IMG/VR virus record: IMGVR_UViG_3300012001_000006
Span: 17,266-81,265 of that record
Strand: one strand, 5' to 3'
DNA: 64,000 bases
Origin: a virus
This document shows positions 1 to 9,919 of the stretch, one piece after another. The translations under genes were made by a program, and so were the position numbers. The notes under the pieces are model-generated. The model worked only from the letters and a program-made list of their open reading frames with translations. It did no database searches and was not told where the DNA came from. Numbering within the stretch: the stretch's first letter is position 1; each line of letters begins with the position of its first letter.

Positions 1-393
1 AATCTCCGCCTTGAACTCGTCCATGTCGATGTAGAAGTTGAGCGCTGGCGGCCCTTTCTTCGGTGCGGGGTTCGGCTCCGCTTCAGTCGCGGCTGCTGCT
101 ACCGTCGCCTTGTGATCAGCCTCGATCTGTTTGAGCTTCGCGGCCAACGCTTCCTTCTTGTCAGCTTCGGCTGCTGCCGCCTTCAACTGCTCGGCGGCCT
201 CGTCCGGCTCATCAGCCAGCGTCGGCTTAACGACCGGCTCCGGCTCTGGTGTTGGCTCCGGTTCGGGGTCAGGCACCACTACCGCCGCCACGATCGCCGG
301 CTTCACCACCATGTCTGCGGTTTCTGCGTCCAGTTCTGCCATCAGTGCGTCGAGTTCATCGTCGCCAATCAATACTTCTTTTGCTGCTGCCAT
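1..393 (-). CDS. Hypothetical protein, runs off the window edge (acidic, Pro/Glu-rich N-terminus)
   Basis: ATG at 393 with GGGAG RBS; reads MAAAKEVLIGDDELDALMAEL...PEPEPTPEPEP...FYIDMDEFKAEI, open to base 1; not in the ORF track. Confidence 0.75.
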   Translation of the reverse strand, partial: MAAAKEVLIGDDELDALMAELDAETADMVVKPAIVAAVVVPDPEPEPTPEPEPVVKPTLADEPDEAAEQLKAAAAEADKKEALAAKLKQIEADHKATVAAAATEAEPNPAPKKGPPALNFYIDMDEFKAEI

Positions 394-473
394 TTCGTTC
401 TCCCTGTTTGTGTACTTCAATCGATATGATGCTGCTTAATGCTTGGATTTGCTACTCAATACTGACTGACTTG

Positions 474-3400
474 TCAGCTCAAAATCTCACTAACTTTTTC
501 GAACACCGCCATCAACACCTCACCCTTCGTTGGATCGAACGTAATCTGCTGCGCGTTCAAGCCGCACACGATCGAGGCGTCGAGCTTCGGGTCGTAGATG
601 ACCTTGCCCGCCAACTCGGCCGTGCCGCCCTTCAACCCTGGCACGAAATGCTTGATTGCGGCCGAGCCAAGCGCGACGATGATTGCCGGCTTGATCAGTT
701 CAATCTCGCGCTCAAGGTACTTCGCGCAGCCATTGATCTGTGCGTTGGTCAGAAACTTCTCAGACTTTTTGGCCTTGACCAGCGTCGTGTAATAACCGTC
801 TGCCGGTAGCAGGCCCGCGTCTTTGATCGCTTGCTTGATGTAACCCGCAGCGTCGCCCTCCAACAGCTTGCCGACCTTCTCTTCCTGCCACGACGGACAG
901 TCCGAGACAACCATGAATTTGACCGTACTCTTCATCCTCACGGTCGGGTGTGGCTGATCGTGCAGGTCGCAGCCGGTGCAGGTTCGATAGTCCTGAACGA
1001 CGTGAATGATCTTGGCGCGCAAGAACTTCTCCGTCACGTCGGTCTGGCGATCTGCTTTCACCGAGTCCACGATCAGACCAGGCAGAAGCTCCATCTGGTC
1101 TTTGCGGCGGTCAGGGTGACGCGCAGCCTTCTCTGTCGAATCGATCGCCGCGTATGCGCCAACCAGCCCTAAGTTATCGACCACCCGCGCATTGACCTTG
1201 GAACCCTTTTGCGCTGCCGACGTTCTGAACTCCTCGATAGTATCGAAGCGACCCTTGACGGCACCCCATACCGGCTTGCCTTTTGCGTCAAAAGTCAGTT
1301 CCCGCGCAGCCTCGCGCAGTTCGACGATGCGCTTGGCGGCGTTGTCCGAGCAGCCTTTCATCTTCGAGAATGGCATCAGCAGGTGCTTGTTGTCCGGTAT
1401 CGTGAAATACTCGGTGGACTTGTTGATGTCAGGCGGCAGCAACTCGATGCCGTAGCCCCTGGCGTCATTGACCAAGCTCGTCAGTTTGTCGTCGCCAACC
1501 ACCGACAGACAAGCGGCGAAGTATTCAGCGGGATAGCGCACCCGCACCCACATCGTCCAATAGCTGATGACCGAGTATTCAACGGCGTGCGACTTGTTGA
1601 AGCCGTAACCGGCGAAGGCTTCGATCTTATCGAATAGCTCACCCGACTCGTATGCCGCCATGCCCGACTTGCTCAAGCACCCGTCGATCCATTGTTGACG
1701 CATCGACGCCATCTTGTCTTTGTCCTTCTTACCCATCGCCTTACGCAAGTGATCTGCTTCGGTGCGGGTAAAGCCGGCAAGGTCGACCGCCAGTTGCATG
1801 ACCTGTTCCTGGTACACGATGACGCTGTACGTTGGACTCAGCGACGCCTCCATGTTCGGATGCTCGTAATACGGCACCTTCGTACCCTGCTTGATCTGCA
1901 CGAAGTCAGCCATCAGGCCCGACTCCATTGGCCCTGGACGGTACAGTGCGGTCGCCGCGGTGATGTCCTCGAACGTCAGCAAGCCACCCATCGCGAGGTC
2001 GCGCAGCAACTTTTTCATGCCTGGCGATTCGAACTGAAACACGCCCGTCGTGTCGCCACGCCCGAACGATTCCATGATGTCGGTCTCTTCGAGCGGCAGA
2101 TCGATGTAGCTGAACGCGTAACCGTGCCGGTCTTTGATGTAGCGGCGGGCCAGCTCAAGCACATCGAGCGTGGACAGGCCCAAGATATCCATCTTGACCA
2201 GCCCGAAGTCCTCGACGACGCGCTTGTCCCAACAGACCACCGGCACGCCATCATCGCTCTCGCGGGTCTCGACAACGGCACGGTTGATCAGCGGCTCACC
2301 GGCGACCACGACACCTGCGGCGTGCTTACCGAACGAGCGCATGACCCCTTCCAGCTTCAGGGCGTGGCCCCAAATGTCTTCGTGCGTATTCTTGAACTTC
2401 TCCAGCTCCGGTACGGCTCTGGCTGCGTCGGTCAACGAGCAGGACTGACCGTGTTCTTTCGGCACCAGCTTGGTCGCCATCAGATCCAGGTTCGACAAGT
2501 CATGCACCCGACCGGCGTCACGCAGGGCAGATGCCGACGCCAACGTCGAGAAGTTGCTGATACCCGCTACGCGATCGGCGCCATACTTGCCCGCCAGATA
2601 GCCGACGACCATGTGGCGCTTCGAACTCATGAAGTCAAGATCGGCGTCAGGTAAGTCGAGGCGGTCAGGGTTGATGAACCGCTCGAACAGGAGGTTGAAG
2701 CGGATTGGATCGACATCGGTGATGCCGAGCAGGTACGCAACCAGTGAGCCGCCGACCGAACCGCGTCCAGGGCCGACGATGATTTCGTTCTGCTTGGCCC
2801 AGACGACCAGATCCTCAACCAGCAAGAAGTAGCCGGCGAATCCCATCTTTTTCAGGACGCTTAGTTCGAACGCCAGACGTGCGCGGTATGCTGGCAACTC
2901 TGTCGCGGTCGGCATGTGACCGAGTACCGGCTGCACGAAGCGGCGCTTCCAACCCTCGATGCATTTCTTACCGAGCGTTTCGAACTCGTTGACCGCCATG
3001 ACCGGCAGCGAGACGGGCATTTTCTTGAACTCGTACTCGCACAGGTTCGCCAGCTTTTCGATGCCGCCCATCGCTGTGCGCCACATCATTGGCTCGTTGA
3101 CGCCGTTCCATTGCTTGACGCGGGCCGCAGCGCCGGTGACTCGACGCGCCAGATCAATCGGCGGACGAAAGCCAAAATCCTTGACGTGCTGCTTGACGCG
3201 GAACGTGGTGGACATCTTCGATTGCGACGTGATGACACCGAGAACGTCCAAGGTGGACGCATCAGCGTCGTCGCGGTACAGGAATGGGTAAGTGGCGACT
3301 GTCGCATAGCCACCCTTCGCCGCCTCGATCGCTTTCGCATTCAGGGTGTCAAACAGCGGCGTGTCGATCGGCACCAGCTCCACGAAGGTCGGGAATTTCT

Positions 3401-3887
3401 CCGCCAGGTCTTCGAGAATCCCTTTTGCCTCTTTGTGGTGAAACAACCCGTTAAAGTCGCCGGTCGATACCGCAACGCCCTCCAGCCCCATTACGTCCTG
3501 CCAGCCGCAGCGCGAATGGTAATAGAAGTATTCCTTCGAGTTCGCTTTCGACAGCAGCTTCAACAAGGATGAAATGCCGGCGTCGTTGATGGCGTAGACC
3601 TTGATCGTCACCATCTGATTCGGCACTTCCTTGATGCCGCTTGCCTTCGCCGGCTTGTGATAGGTCGGGTCGTCATAGACGCGCAGCCGGCAGCCGATGA
3701 TCGACTTCAGGCCCGCCTTCTTGGCGCGGCTGGCGAAGTCAACCATGTTGTGAATGGACATCGAGTCGCACAGCGCGACCGATTCGTAGCCATGCTTTTT
3801 GGCCTCCTCAATTATGTGATCGACTTGCAGTAGTGATTGACCGATGGAAAAATCAGACATCACATTGAGCGCATGATTGATATTCAT
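474..3887 (-). CDS. dnaE: DNA polymerase III alpha subunit with C-terminal uracil-DNA-glycosylase family 4-like domain
   Basis: N-terminal PHP-like domain; GPGRGSVGGSLVAYLLGITDVDP; catalytic PDADLDF; KMDILGL; GVFQFES; FAGYGFNKSHA. C-terminus has CTGCDL...LEREIELIKPAIIVALG, typical of the UDG-4 fold. Confidence 0.95.
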   Translation of the reverse strand: MNINHALNVMSDFSIGQSLLQVDHIIEEAKKHGYESVALCDSMSIHNMVDFASRAKKAGLKSIIGCRLRVYDDPTYHKPAKASGIKEVPNQMVTIKVYAINDAGISSLLKLLSKANSKEYFYYHSRCGWQDVMGLEGVAVSTGDFNGLFHHKEAKGILEDLAEKFPTFVELVPIDTPLFDTLNAKAIEAAKGGYATVATYPFLYRDDADASTLDVLGVITSQSKMSTTFRVKQHVKDFGFRPPIDLARRVTGAAARVKQWNGVNEPMMWRTAMGGIEKLANLCEYEFKKMPVSLPVMAVNEFETLGKKCIEGWKRRFVQPVLGHMPTATELPAYRARLAFELSVLKKMGFAGYFLLVEDLVVWAKQNEIIVGPGRGSVGGSLVAYLLGITDVDPIRFNLLFERFINPDRLDLPDADLDFMSSKRHMVVGYLAGKYGADRVAGISNFSTLASASALRDAGRVHDLSNLDLMATKLVPKEHGQSCSLTDAARAVPELEKFKNTHEDIWGHALKLEGVMRSFGKHAAGVVVAGEPLINRAVVETRESDDGVPVVCWDKRVVEDFGLVKMDILGLSTLDVLELARRYIKDRHGYAFSYIDLPLEETDIMESFGRGDTTGVFQFESPGMKKLLRDLAMGGLLTFEDITAATALYRPGPMESGLMADFVQIKQGTKVPYYEHPNMEASLSPTYSVIVYQEQVMQLAVDLAGFTRTEADHLRKAMGKKDKDKMASMRQQWIDGCLSKSGMAAYESGELFDKIEAFAGYGFNKSHAVEYSVISYWTMWVRVRYPAEYFAACLSVVGDDKLTSLVNDARGYGIELLPPDINKSTEYFTIPDNKHLLMPFSKMKGCSDNAAKRIVELREAARELTFDAKGKPVWGAVKGRFDTIEEFRTSAAQKGSKVNARVVDNLGLVGAYAAIDSTEKAARHPDRRKDQMELLPGLIVDSVKADRQTDVTEKFLRAKIIHVVQDYRTCTGCDLHDQPHPTVRMKSTVKFMVVSDCPSWQEEKVGKLLEGDAAGYIKQAIKDAGLLPADGYYTTLVKAKKSEKFLTNAQINGCAKYLEREIELIKPAIIVALGSAAIKHFVPGLKGGTAELAGKVIYDPKLDASIVCGLNAQQITFDPTKGEVLMAVFEKVSEILS

Positions 3888-4369
3888 ATCGCAGAACTCC
3901 TTCTATTATTAGCCTGCTCTTTGTACGTAGCCCACTTGCAATTACCTGGCCCGTACCCTTTGTCGTTGTTTTCACGCTCGATCGTTAAGCCATCCGGCTG
4001 CTCACCCATATCGGCAAGAAAATTGTCAAATGTCGTCCAGCGTTCGCAAACAGTAATGCCGCGACCTCCGTAGTCCGCATATTTTGGATACTTAGGATTC
4101 CCGCAGCGTTGCCTCATATTTGTCCAGCAGATATGGGTTGGCGTGCGTGTCAATCCGTGCTTCTTCTTTGCTCGACTTACCATCTCCTTATTGACGCAGC
4201 CGCACGACGTAGTGTTGCCGCGACGAAGATTTGATCCGACCGCTGTGGCGATTCCACCGCAGTCACAAACGCACTTCCATTTGACATTGCCGCACTTCGC
4301 AGAATCGGCGCGCTCAACCACTGTCAAGCGTCCAAATCTTTGTCCCGTAATGTCTGATAGCGCGCTCAT
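3884..4369 (-). CDS. Free-standing HNH homing-endonuclease-like protein
   Basis: DITGQRFGRLTV, WKCVCDCG, SCGC, YGGRGITVCERW, TIERENNDKGYGPGNCKWAT motifs. Confidence 0.85.
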   Translation of the reverse strand: MSALSDITGQRFGRLTVVERADSAKCGNVKWKCVCDCGGIATAVGSNLRRGNTTSCGCVNKEMVSRAKKKHGLTRTPTHICWTNMRQRCGNPKYPKYADYGGRGITVCERWTTFDNFLADMGEQPDGLTIERENNDKGYGPGNCKWATYKEQANNRRSSAI

Positions 4370-4401
4370 TTTTTCCCTTCGTTAATTCAGTACGTATTAT
4401 T

Positions 4402-5115
4402 TCAACCGAGGGCAGGATTTAAAACAAACATTTCGCCCTGGCTCACCATGATTCCAAAGTAGAAAAGCAGCGACGACATCGCCACATGGGAGCCTGCGGT
4501 GTTGTCTGTCCAACCGAACTCAGCCACGAACCGCGCTTTCAGTGTCGCTTTCGTGAAGCCGCCATTCATGAGCAGGTCACACGCGACCCGCAGAAAAGCT
4601 GGCCCTGTCTCAGCGAACGGGTTGACGCCCTTCGCGAGTCCTTCGCGACATTCGGTGATCTTGTTCTGTCTGCACAATATGACTGCCTGATCGTACGTTT
4701 TCACGTTGCCGATTCTGGCGAGTGCCGCCTGGTGTTCGGCGCTGATTTCAAACGTCACCTGCTCCACCGTCGTCTTGCGCTTGACCGGCTGCGTGATCGC
4801 GGCCGGCTGCGTGATCGCGGGAGTCTTCGCCTTCTCAACCGCGGCGGCCGCCTTCGCGAACTTGACCGGCGGCACCGATGCCGCTTGCCTGATGCGGTCA
4901 GCTTCCGCCTTCGCTTGCGCTTGCTGTCTGGCCCGAACATGCTTCGCCAGGATGTCCTTGACGTTGATGGTCGACTGAATCGCCTCAAGCGTCTTCATCG
5001 ACTCTGCGTTGCACGCCTCAAACGCCACGCATCCCTGACAGACCTTGCTGTCCATGCTGAATACGCTGGCCGCGCCGAAGCAGCCTGGCGCCTGTGATCG
5101 CTGTAGTTCTGTCAT
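4402..5115 (-). CDS. Hypothetical protein with N-terminal Cys cluster
   Basis: 237-aa ORF in operon; PGCFG...CQGC...C; internal 18-bp duplication (AITQP twice). Confidence 0.75.
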   Translation of the reverse strand: MTELQRSQAPGCFGAASVFSMDSKVCQGCVAFEACNAESMKTLEAIQSTINVKDILAKHVRARQQAQAKAEADRIRQAASVPPVKFAKAAAAVEKAKTPAITQPAAITQPVKRKTTVEQVTFEISAEHQAALARIGNVKTYDQAVILCRQNKITECREGLAKGVNPFAETGPAFLRVACDLLMNGGFTKATLKARFVAEFGWTDNTAGSHVAMSSLLFYFGIMVSQGEMFVLNPALG

Positions 5116-5879
5116 GCCATTGCCTTTCTTTCTTTGCGCAGGGCCGATTCGTACTTGCGGCGAATCGATGTCAGTTCCGAATCCACCTTCACGATGTCCG
5201 CATCGCTCAGATCGTCCGATATCAGCTTCAGGAACCGGCCAATGCTCTGCACCGTCACATCACCACCACAAGGCACCTCGTTCGTGCCAAGCACGTCATG
5301 GGACGCCTGACCCATCAATTCCTTCAGCAGCGCCTCTGGCGGGTCTTGCAGCCACTCCACGACCAGTTGCGACAGCGGCGACAGTCTGCGTAGCGCGACC
5401 TGCCGCTCTTGCGCTTCTTCCAGGATCTCTTCGGGTGTCGGTTCGTCCGACGCGATCCTCGCCTCGAAGCTCTCGCCGCCCTCCTCGCCCATCAGGGTCA
5501 GTTCCGAGAATCGCATCGGTTTCAAGCCATAGTTGTAGTCTGGTCGCGACTGCAATCCGGCCGCAGTCAGCGTCTTGTTTTCTTCCTTGCGGTCGGTGAT
5601 CTCCTGACGTTGGTGCCTGTTCAGGTTCTTGACGCCACTCATGACGCCAATCGTCTTTCGAAACTGCGAGAACGCCGCCATCGTGAAGTACGCCGAGAAT
5701 TTGATGCCCTTATCGGGATCGAAGCCGGCAGCGGCCTGCACGAACGCGACCGACGCTTCCTGAAACATATCGTCGTAGTCCATCGCAAGACCGACACCAT
5801 GCGCCCACCGCAAGCCAAACTTCGCTTGCATGTGGACGATGCCCTTGTGATCCTCGAACCGAATAGGTATCTGGTTCAT
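5112..5879 (-). CDS. Sigma70-family sigma factor-like protein
   Basis: Region 2 signature DDMFQEASVAFVQAAAGFDPDKGIKFSAY; TPEEILEE...RRLSP linker like alternative sigma factors; region 4 divergent. Confidence 0.7.
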   Translation of the reverse strand: MNQIPIRFEDHKGIVHMQAKFGLRWAHGVGLAMDYDDMFQEASVAFVQAAAGFDPDKGIKFSAYFTMAAFSQFRKTIGVMSGVKNLNRHQRQEITDRKEENKTLTAAGLQSRPDYNYGLKPMRFSELTLMGEEGGESFEARIASDEPTPEEILEEAQERQVALRRLSPLSQLVVEWLQDPPEALLKELMGQASHDVLGTNEVPCGGDVTVQSIGRFLKLISDDLSDADIVKVDSELTSIRRKYESALRKERKAMA

Positions 5880-5881
5880 GA

Positions 5882-7060
5882 TCAGCCAAAGATGCGCTGA
5901 GCAAGGCCGTCACAGACTTCACGGTCGATCCTGGACAGCTTGTTGATGAACGACAAGGTAAGACCCTGGCGGAACGACCCGCGCATCACGCCGATGGTGG
6001 ACGCGAAGATCAAGGTGCGTGGCGAAATCGTGTCGCTGATCTTGGCGCCGTCGTACGCTTGACGCACCAGACTGGCGAATTCGATCATCTTGTCGGCGTC
6101 TTCCTTCACCAGCTTGCAATGGTTCTGGAGAATCTGCGACTCTGCCTTCTTGTCCATATACTTCTTGTTGATGACCATGCCGAAGCGGTCGTAGTTGGCG
6201 CTGTTCTGAATCATGGTTCCCTGATACAGACCAGTTTCGTCGCCACTACCGTTCGTGTTACCGGTGCAGCAGAAGCGGAAGTTCGCATGTGGCTTGATGA
6301 TGCGCAGATGACGCGGCGCTTCCTTGATCACCAGCGACTTGCCTTCCAACACAGCCTGGTAATTCGCCAGCACTGACGGCAGACCGAAGTCGTATTCGTC
6401 GGCGATGTACGTCCAGCCGTTCATCATCGCCAAGGGAAGTGGCCCAAGCTCGAATTCGGTTTGACCGCCCTTGACCGTCCACTGACCGTTGATGTGGCTC
6501 TCTTCGGTGTTGACTGTGTGCTGAATGCGAATCGCAGGGCGGTTCGTCCGAGCGCAGATTTGCGACAGCAGTTCGGACTTGCCGGAACCTTTGTGGCCCC
6601 AGACGTAGCAGGGAATGTTGCGCTCGAAGGCGAGGATGACGTTCTTCAACTCGTCGATGTCATACACGTAGTTGTCGGACACGTCCGGCACCATGTCTTG
6701 CTGGTCGTGCGGCGACATCACCGAGATTGGAATTGGTTCACCGCGCGCAGACATTGCAGCCTTGACCTTGCCAAGCTCGAACACTTCATGAAGCATTTGC
6801 TTGACCATGTGGCCCTTCGGTATCAGCGTGGTCACGCTGGCGGCGGTGCCGGACATCTCCATCGTCGTACCGGAGGCTGCGGCAGCAGCGGCTTCGTCGC
6901 GCTTCTTGATCGCGGCGATTGCCGGATTCGACAGCAGAGGCGCGTCGGGAAACTTGGCGACGTACTCTTCGACCGTCATTTCCGGATGCATCTTCTGCAA
7001 GTGGAGTTTGATTGAATGCTCTTGCGCGCCGCACACTGCACAGGTAATTTTTCCGCTCAT
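5882..7060 (-). CDS. CobS/MoxR-like AAA+ ATPase with N-terminal C2H2-type zinc finger
   Basis: Walker A GHKGSGKS, Walker B YIADEYD, FRFCCTGNTNGSGD, DRF; N-terminal CAVC...H...H; GGAGAG RBS before ATG 7060. Confidence 0.9.
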   Translation of the reverse strand: MSGKITCAVCGAQEHSIKLHLQKMHPEMTVEEYVAKFPDAPLLSNPAIAAIKKRDEAAAAAASGTTMEMSGTAASVTTLIPKGHMVKQMLHEVFELGKVKAAMSARGEPIPISVMSPHDQQDMVPDVSDNYVYDIDELKNVILAFERNIPCYVWGHKGSGKSELLSQICARTNRPAIRIQHTVNTEESHINGQWTVKGGQTEFELGPLPLAMMNGWTYIADEYDFGLPSVLANYQAVLEGKSLVIKEAPRHLRIIKPHANFRFCCTGNTNGSGDETGLYQGTMIQNSANYDRFGMVINKKYMDKKAESQILQNHCKLVKEDADKMIEFASLVRQAYDGAKISDTISPRTLIFASTIGVMRGSFRQGLTLSFINKLSRIDREVCDGLAQRIFG

Positions 7061-7137
7061 TGTTCTCTCCAATGGTCATACGACCGTAAGTAAATAATTT
7101 GTTTTCGCAACAGAACCAATGTTACTCACTATTGACT

Positions 7138-7179
7138 GGATTCGCAAGTCAGTAGTGACTTATCCTGTCAGGTTGCCTA
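7138..7179. repeat. 42-bp composite regulatory repeat, copy 1
   Basis: GGATTCGCAAGTCAGTAGTGACTTATCCTGTCAGGTTGCCTA; 36/42 identical to 19862-19903. Confidence 0.8.
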
Positions 7180-7180
7180 A

Positions 7181-9331
7181 CTACTTCAAGATCAGGGCGC
7201 GAAGTTCCTTCATGACGACGCCAGGCAGGTCTTCCACGTTGTTCAACGTCAAGTGTTTCGGGTAGAAACGCCGCACTTCGTCGGACTGGATGCCGATACC
7301 GATCACGTTGACACCGGCCCTTGTGATGTCCGCGATCGTTTTCTTCAGGTGCGGCGCCAGGGTATGTGTTTCGCCGGCCGCGTGTGGGGCGCCATCCGAC
7401 AGCACCATCATGATCTTGCCTGTCTCGCGACGATTCATCAGGCGGCGGGCCGCAATCTCGACGCACTCGCCATCGACGTTGTTGTGCAAGATGTTCGAGT
7501 TGGGCAGCCAACCGAACCGCGCCTTCACGTCCGTCGTCATGCGCTCGTCGAAACCTTTCAGAATTGGCATATAGAGCGCTTCGACGCGGCTGAATCTGCG
7601 ACCGAGTTTGGCGGTCTCGGCCGACAGCGTGGCGTGATCAGCGCAGCCTTCGCCGGTCGTGAAGCAAATCACTTCGCACTTGATGCCAATCCGCTCCAGT
7701 ACGCTGGCTAACGCGTACGCCGCCTGGGTCGCGGTGTCGATCTTTTGACCATCCATCGAGCCGGACGCATCGACCACTAACTCGACCGCCACGTCCTTGC
7801 TGGTCGCTTCATGCTTGCGGCGAAACACCCGATCGTCACCGACTGCAAGGCGTGACAGGTTTGCAGCATGGATGCGACCGCTGCGATGCCCTGCCGAGTA
7901 CATCGACAGCGAACGGGCCGCGATGGCGCGCTCCAGGTCTTTCTGAAGTGGCGCAACCATGTGATCGACTTTCGACTGCAAGCGCGTCAGCATGGCAGAG
8001 TCGTATTCGCGACCGACCTTCAACGGCTCAACGACATCCTTGTCCTTCGTGTAAATCAGGTAGTCGGATTCTTTCGCCGCATCGCAAGCGGCAGACGAAA
8101 TCAACGTGGACATGGTTTCGTCAAAGTCGCGCTTAGTCTCCTTGTCGATCGCCGACCAGTTGATGCCGGCAGCTTTCGTGATGTCCGTTTCTGACTCGGC
8201 AGGCTTGCTGGCGCCGTCAGACGCTTCAGGCATACCGTCACCTTCTTCATCACCTTCGTCGTCACCGCCACCGCCAGACAGGTCGCCATCTTCTTCGTCA
8301 GGCATTGGTTCGTCGTCGCCTTCTTCACCCTCACCCTCTTCCTCTTCTTCGCCCTCTTCCTCATCGGCTTCAGGGTCAGCTTCGGGGTCAGCTTCATCCT
8401 CTTCAGGGTCGGCCGCTGGATCAGCTTCAGGGTCTTCCTCGTCGGTTGGTGCCGGCGTTGGGTCTGCCTCTGGATCTTCTTCGGGCGGTTCGGTTGCGGC
8501 AGGGTCTTTTTCGCCTGGTGTCGGTTCGCCCTCTTCTTCCTCTTCGTCGTCTTTAGGCTTCGGTTCGGCTTTCGCTTTCTTTGGCTTGGGCGACTTGGCG
8601 GGCTTCTCTTTCGACTTCTCACCCTTGCCACCGCCTTCACCTGCGTCACCCGATGGTGACGGCGGTGTCGGGGCCGGCGGTGCCGGTGGGGCTGGCTTAG
8701 CAGCCTTCAGGCGCTTCGTAACCTCTTCGGCGATCTCAAGGCAGTCACGCGTTGATGTCGCGCCCTCGATGCGATCCGCCAGGTCTTTGATTTGGTCATA
8801 GACTGGCGCGATGATGTGCATCTTGTCCTTCATGTATTCTTTGAACACTTGCTGACCCGCCATTGCGCGAATCAGCGGCACCATCAAGGCGCCGATCACC
8901 GTGTCGGTGTCGCCTTTAGCGACCGCTTCCGCAACGCGTGGCGTGGTGTATTTGTCGAGGAAGAACTTCCCCGTATTGGCAAGGTTCAGACCAGAACCTT
9001 GAAACCGCTGCGCCATGCAACGCTCGATGCGGCTGTCTTCAATCAGGTTGAGCATTTGGCCCGAACCCGATTTGATCGCTGCATCCATCACGTTGAATTC
9101 GGTGAAGAGTATGTGAGCAACTTCGTGATCCAAGAAACCTTGAATGGCGTCGATCAGTTCGTCGGTAGCGTTATCGGGTAGATACGGCAGGTTGACCAAG
9201 AAAGGACGACCAGCGCTGTCAGCTTTCACAAAGGCGCTTACTCCGCGCTGAGTGACTTGGATTCCCTTACCGGCGAGCATCTGCGTCAATTTGACGACTG
9301 ATTCACGCATTACATATACACGTTCGTTCAT
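7181..9331 (-). CDS. CobT-like protein: HExxH domain, long Pro-rich/acidic linker, VWA domain
   Basis: LDHEVAH, EDSRIE; Asp/Glu-rich linker; MIDAS VVDASGSM and MVLSDGAP; adjacent to CobS-like ATPase; GAGGAG RBS before ATG 9331. Confidence 0.88.
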   Translation of the reverse strand: MNERVYVMRESVVKLTQMLAGKGIQVTQRGVSAFVKADSAGRPFLVNLPYLPDNATDELIDAIQGFLDHEVAHILFTEFNVMDAAIKSGSGQMLNLIEDSRIERCMAQRFQGSGLNLANTGKFFLDKYTTPRVAEAVAKGDTDTVIGALMVPLIRAMAGQQVFKEYMKDKMHIIAPVYDQIKDLADRIEGATSTRDCLEIAEEVTKRLKAAKPAPPAPPAPTPPSPSGDAGEGGGKGEKSKEKPAKSPKPKKAKAEPKPKDDEEEEEGEPTPGEKDPAATEPPEEDPEADPTPAPTDEEDPEADPAADPEEDEADPEADPEADEEEGEEEEEGEGEEGDDEPMPDEEDGDLSGGGGDDEGDEEGDGMPEASDGASKPAESETDITKAAGINWSAIDKETKRDFDETMSTLISSAACDAAKESDYLIYTKDKDVVEPLKVGREYDSAMLTRLQSKVDHMVAPLQKDLERAIAARSLSMYSAGHRSGRIHAANLSRLAVGDDRVFRRKHEATSKDVAVELVVDASGSMDGQKIDTATQAAYALASVLERIGIKCEVICFTTGEGCADHATLSAETAKLGRRFSRVEALYMPILKGFDERMTTDVKARFGWLPNSNILHNNVDGECVEIAARRLMNRRETGKIMMVLSDGAPHAAGETHTLAPHLKKTIADITRAGVNVIGIGIQSDEVRRFYPKHLTLNNVEDLPGVVMKELRALILK

Positions 9332-9433
9332 AGCTTCTATCTCCTCGTTCATCACTCAGCATTGAGTGAACATTTACAATGATAGAGAAGCTCGTCAGGA
9401 AGCGCAACGACTATCTGAAAGAATCCTGAACGT

Positions 9434-9461
9434 AAAAAAAGCGGACGTTTATGTCCGCTTT
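9434..9461 (-). terminator. Rho-independent terminator
   Basis: A7-GCGGAC-loop-GTCCGC-TTT. Confidence 0.65.
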
Positions 9462-9480
9462 GTCGTTGGCGCTGACGCCC

Positions 9481-9666
9481 TCAAAGCCGGAGCAGCCCAT
9501 GTTTCGTTCCGGTCGTATTGACCAGGATGATGTTGCCTAATTTCGGATGATTAGCTCTATATACGAGGGACTCCCCCAAGTCTAACTGATCTTGAACTGT
9601 CGACTCCTCCAACGTGTCGACAAATGATTGCAGGCTAAGAACGGACGTTTTTGCTGAATGTGGCAT
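9481..9666 (-). CDS. Small hypothetical protein
   Basis: 61 aa, GGAGAG RBS, TATAAT upstream (9709-9714), terminator downstream. Confidence 0.6.
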   Translation of the reverse strand: MPHSAKTSVLSLQSFVDTLEESTVQDQLDLGESLVYRANHPKLGNIILVNTTGTKHGLLRL

Positions 9667-9919
9667 TTATTCTCTCCGAGTTGATTACTGTTATGTGCGC
9701 TACACCACATTATAGCTCACCGCTAACTTACTTTTATTGTGGAAATTGTTAATCTTCGTTTCTTCTTTACTGCATAAATCGGGACTGAATTGGGGCTGCT
9801 TTTTAAATCTTATTAAAACGATAACGGTAAGTCACTAAGAAGTAATAGTTTATGAACTATAATATAAACGTGAGATGAATCACTTACCTGCCGGTCGTCC
9901 GGCGCTGAATGGAGAAAAC

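Noticed and set aside
5882-9331. Cobalamin biosynthesis genes cobS/cobT
   Set aside because: No cobN or other B12 pathway genes; the context is phage replication and fits a generic MoxR/VWA pair
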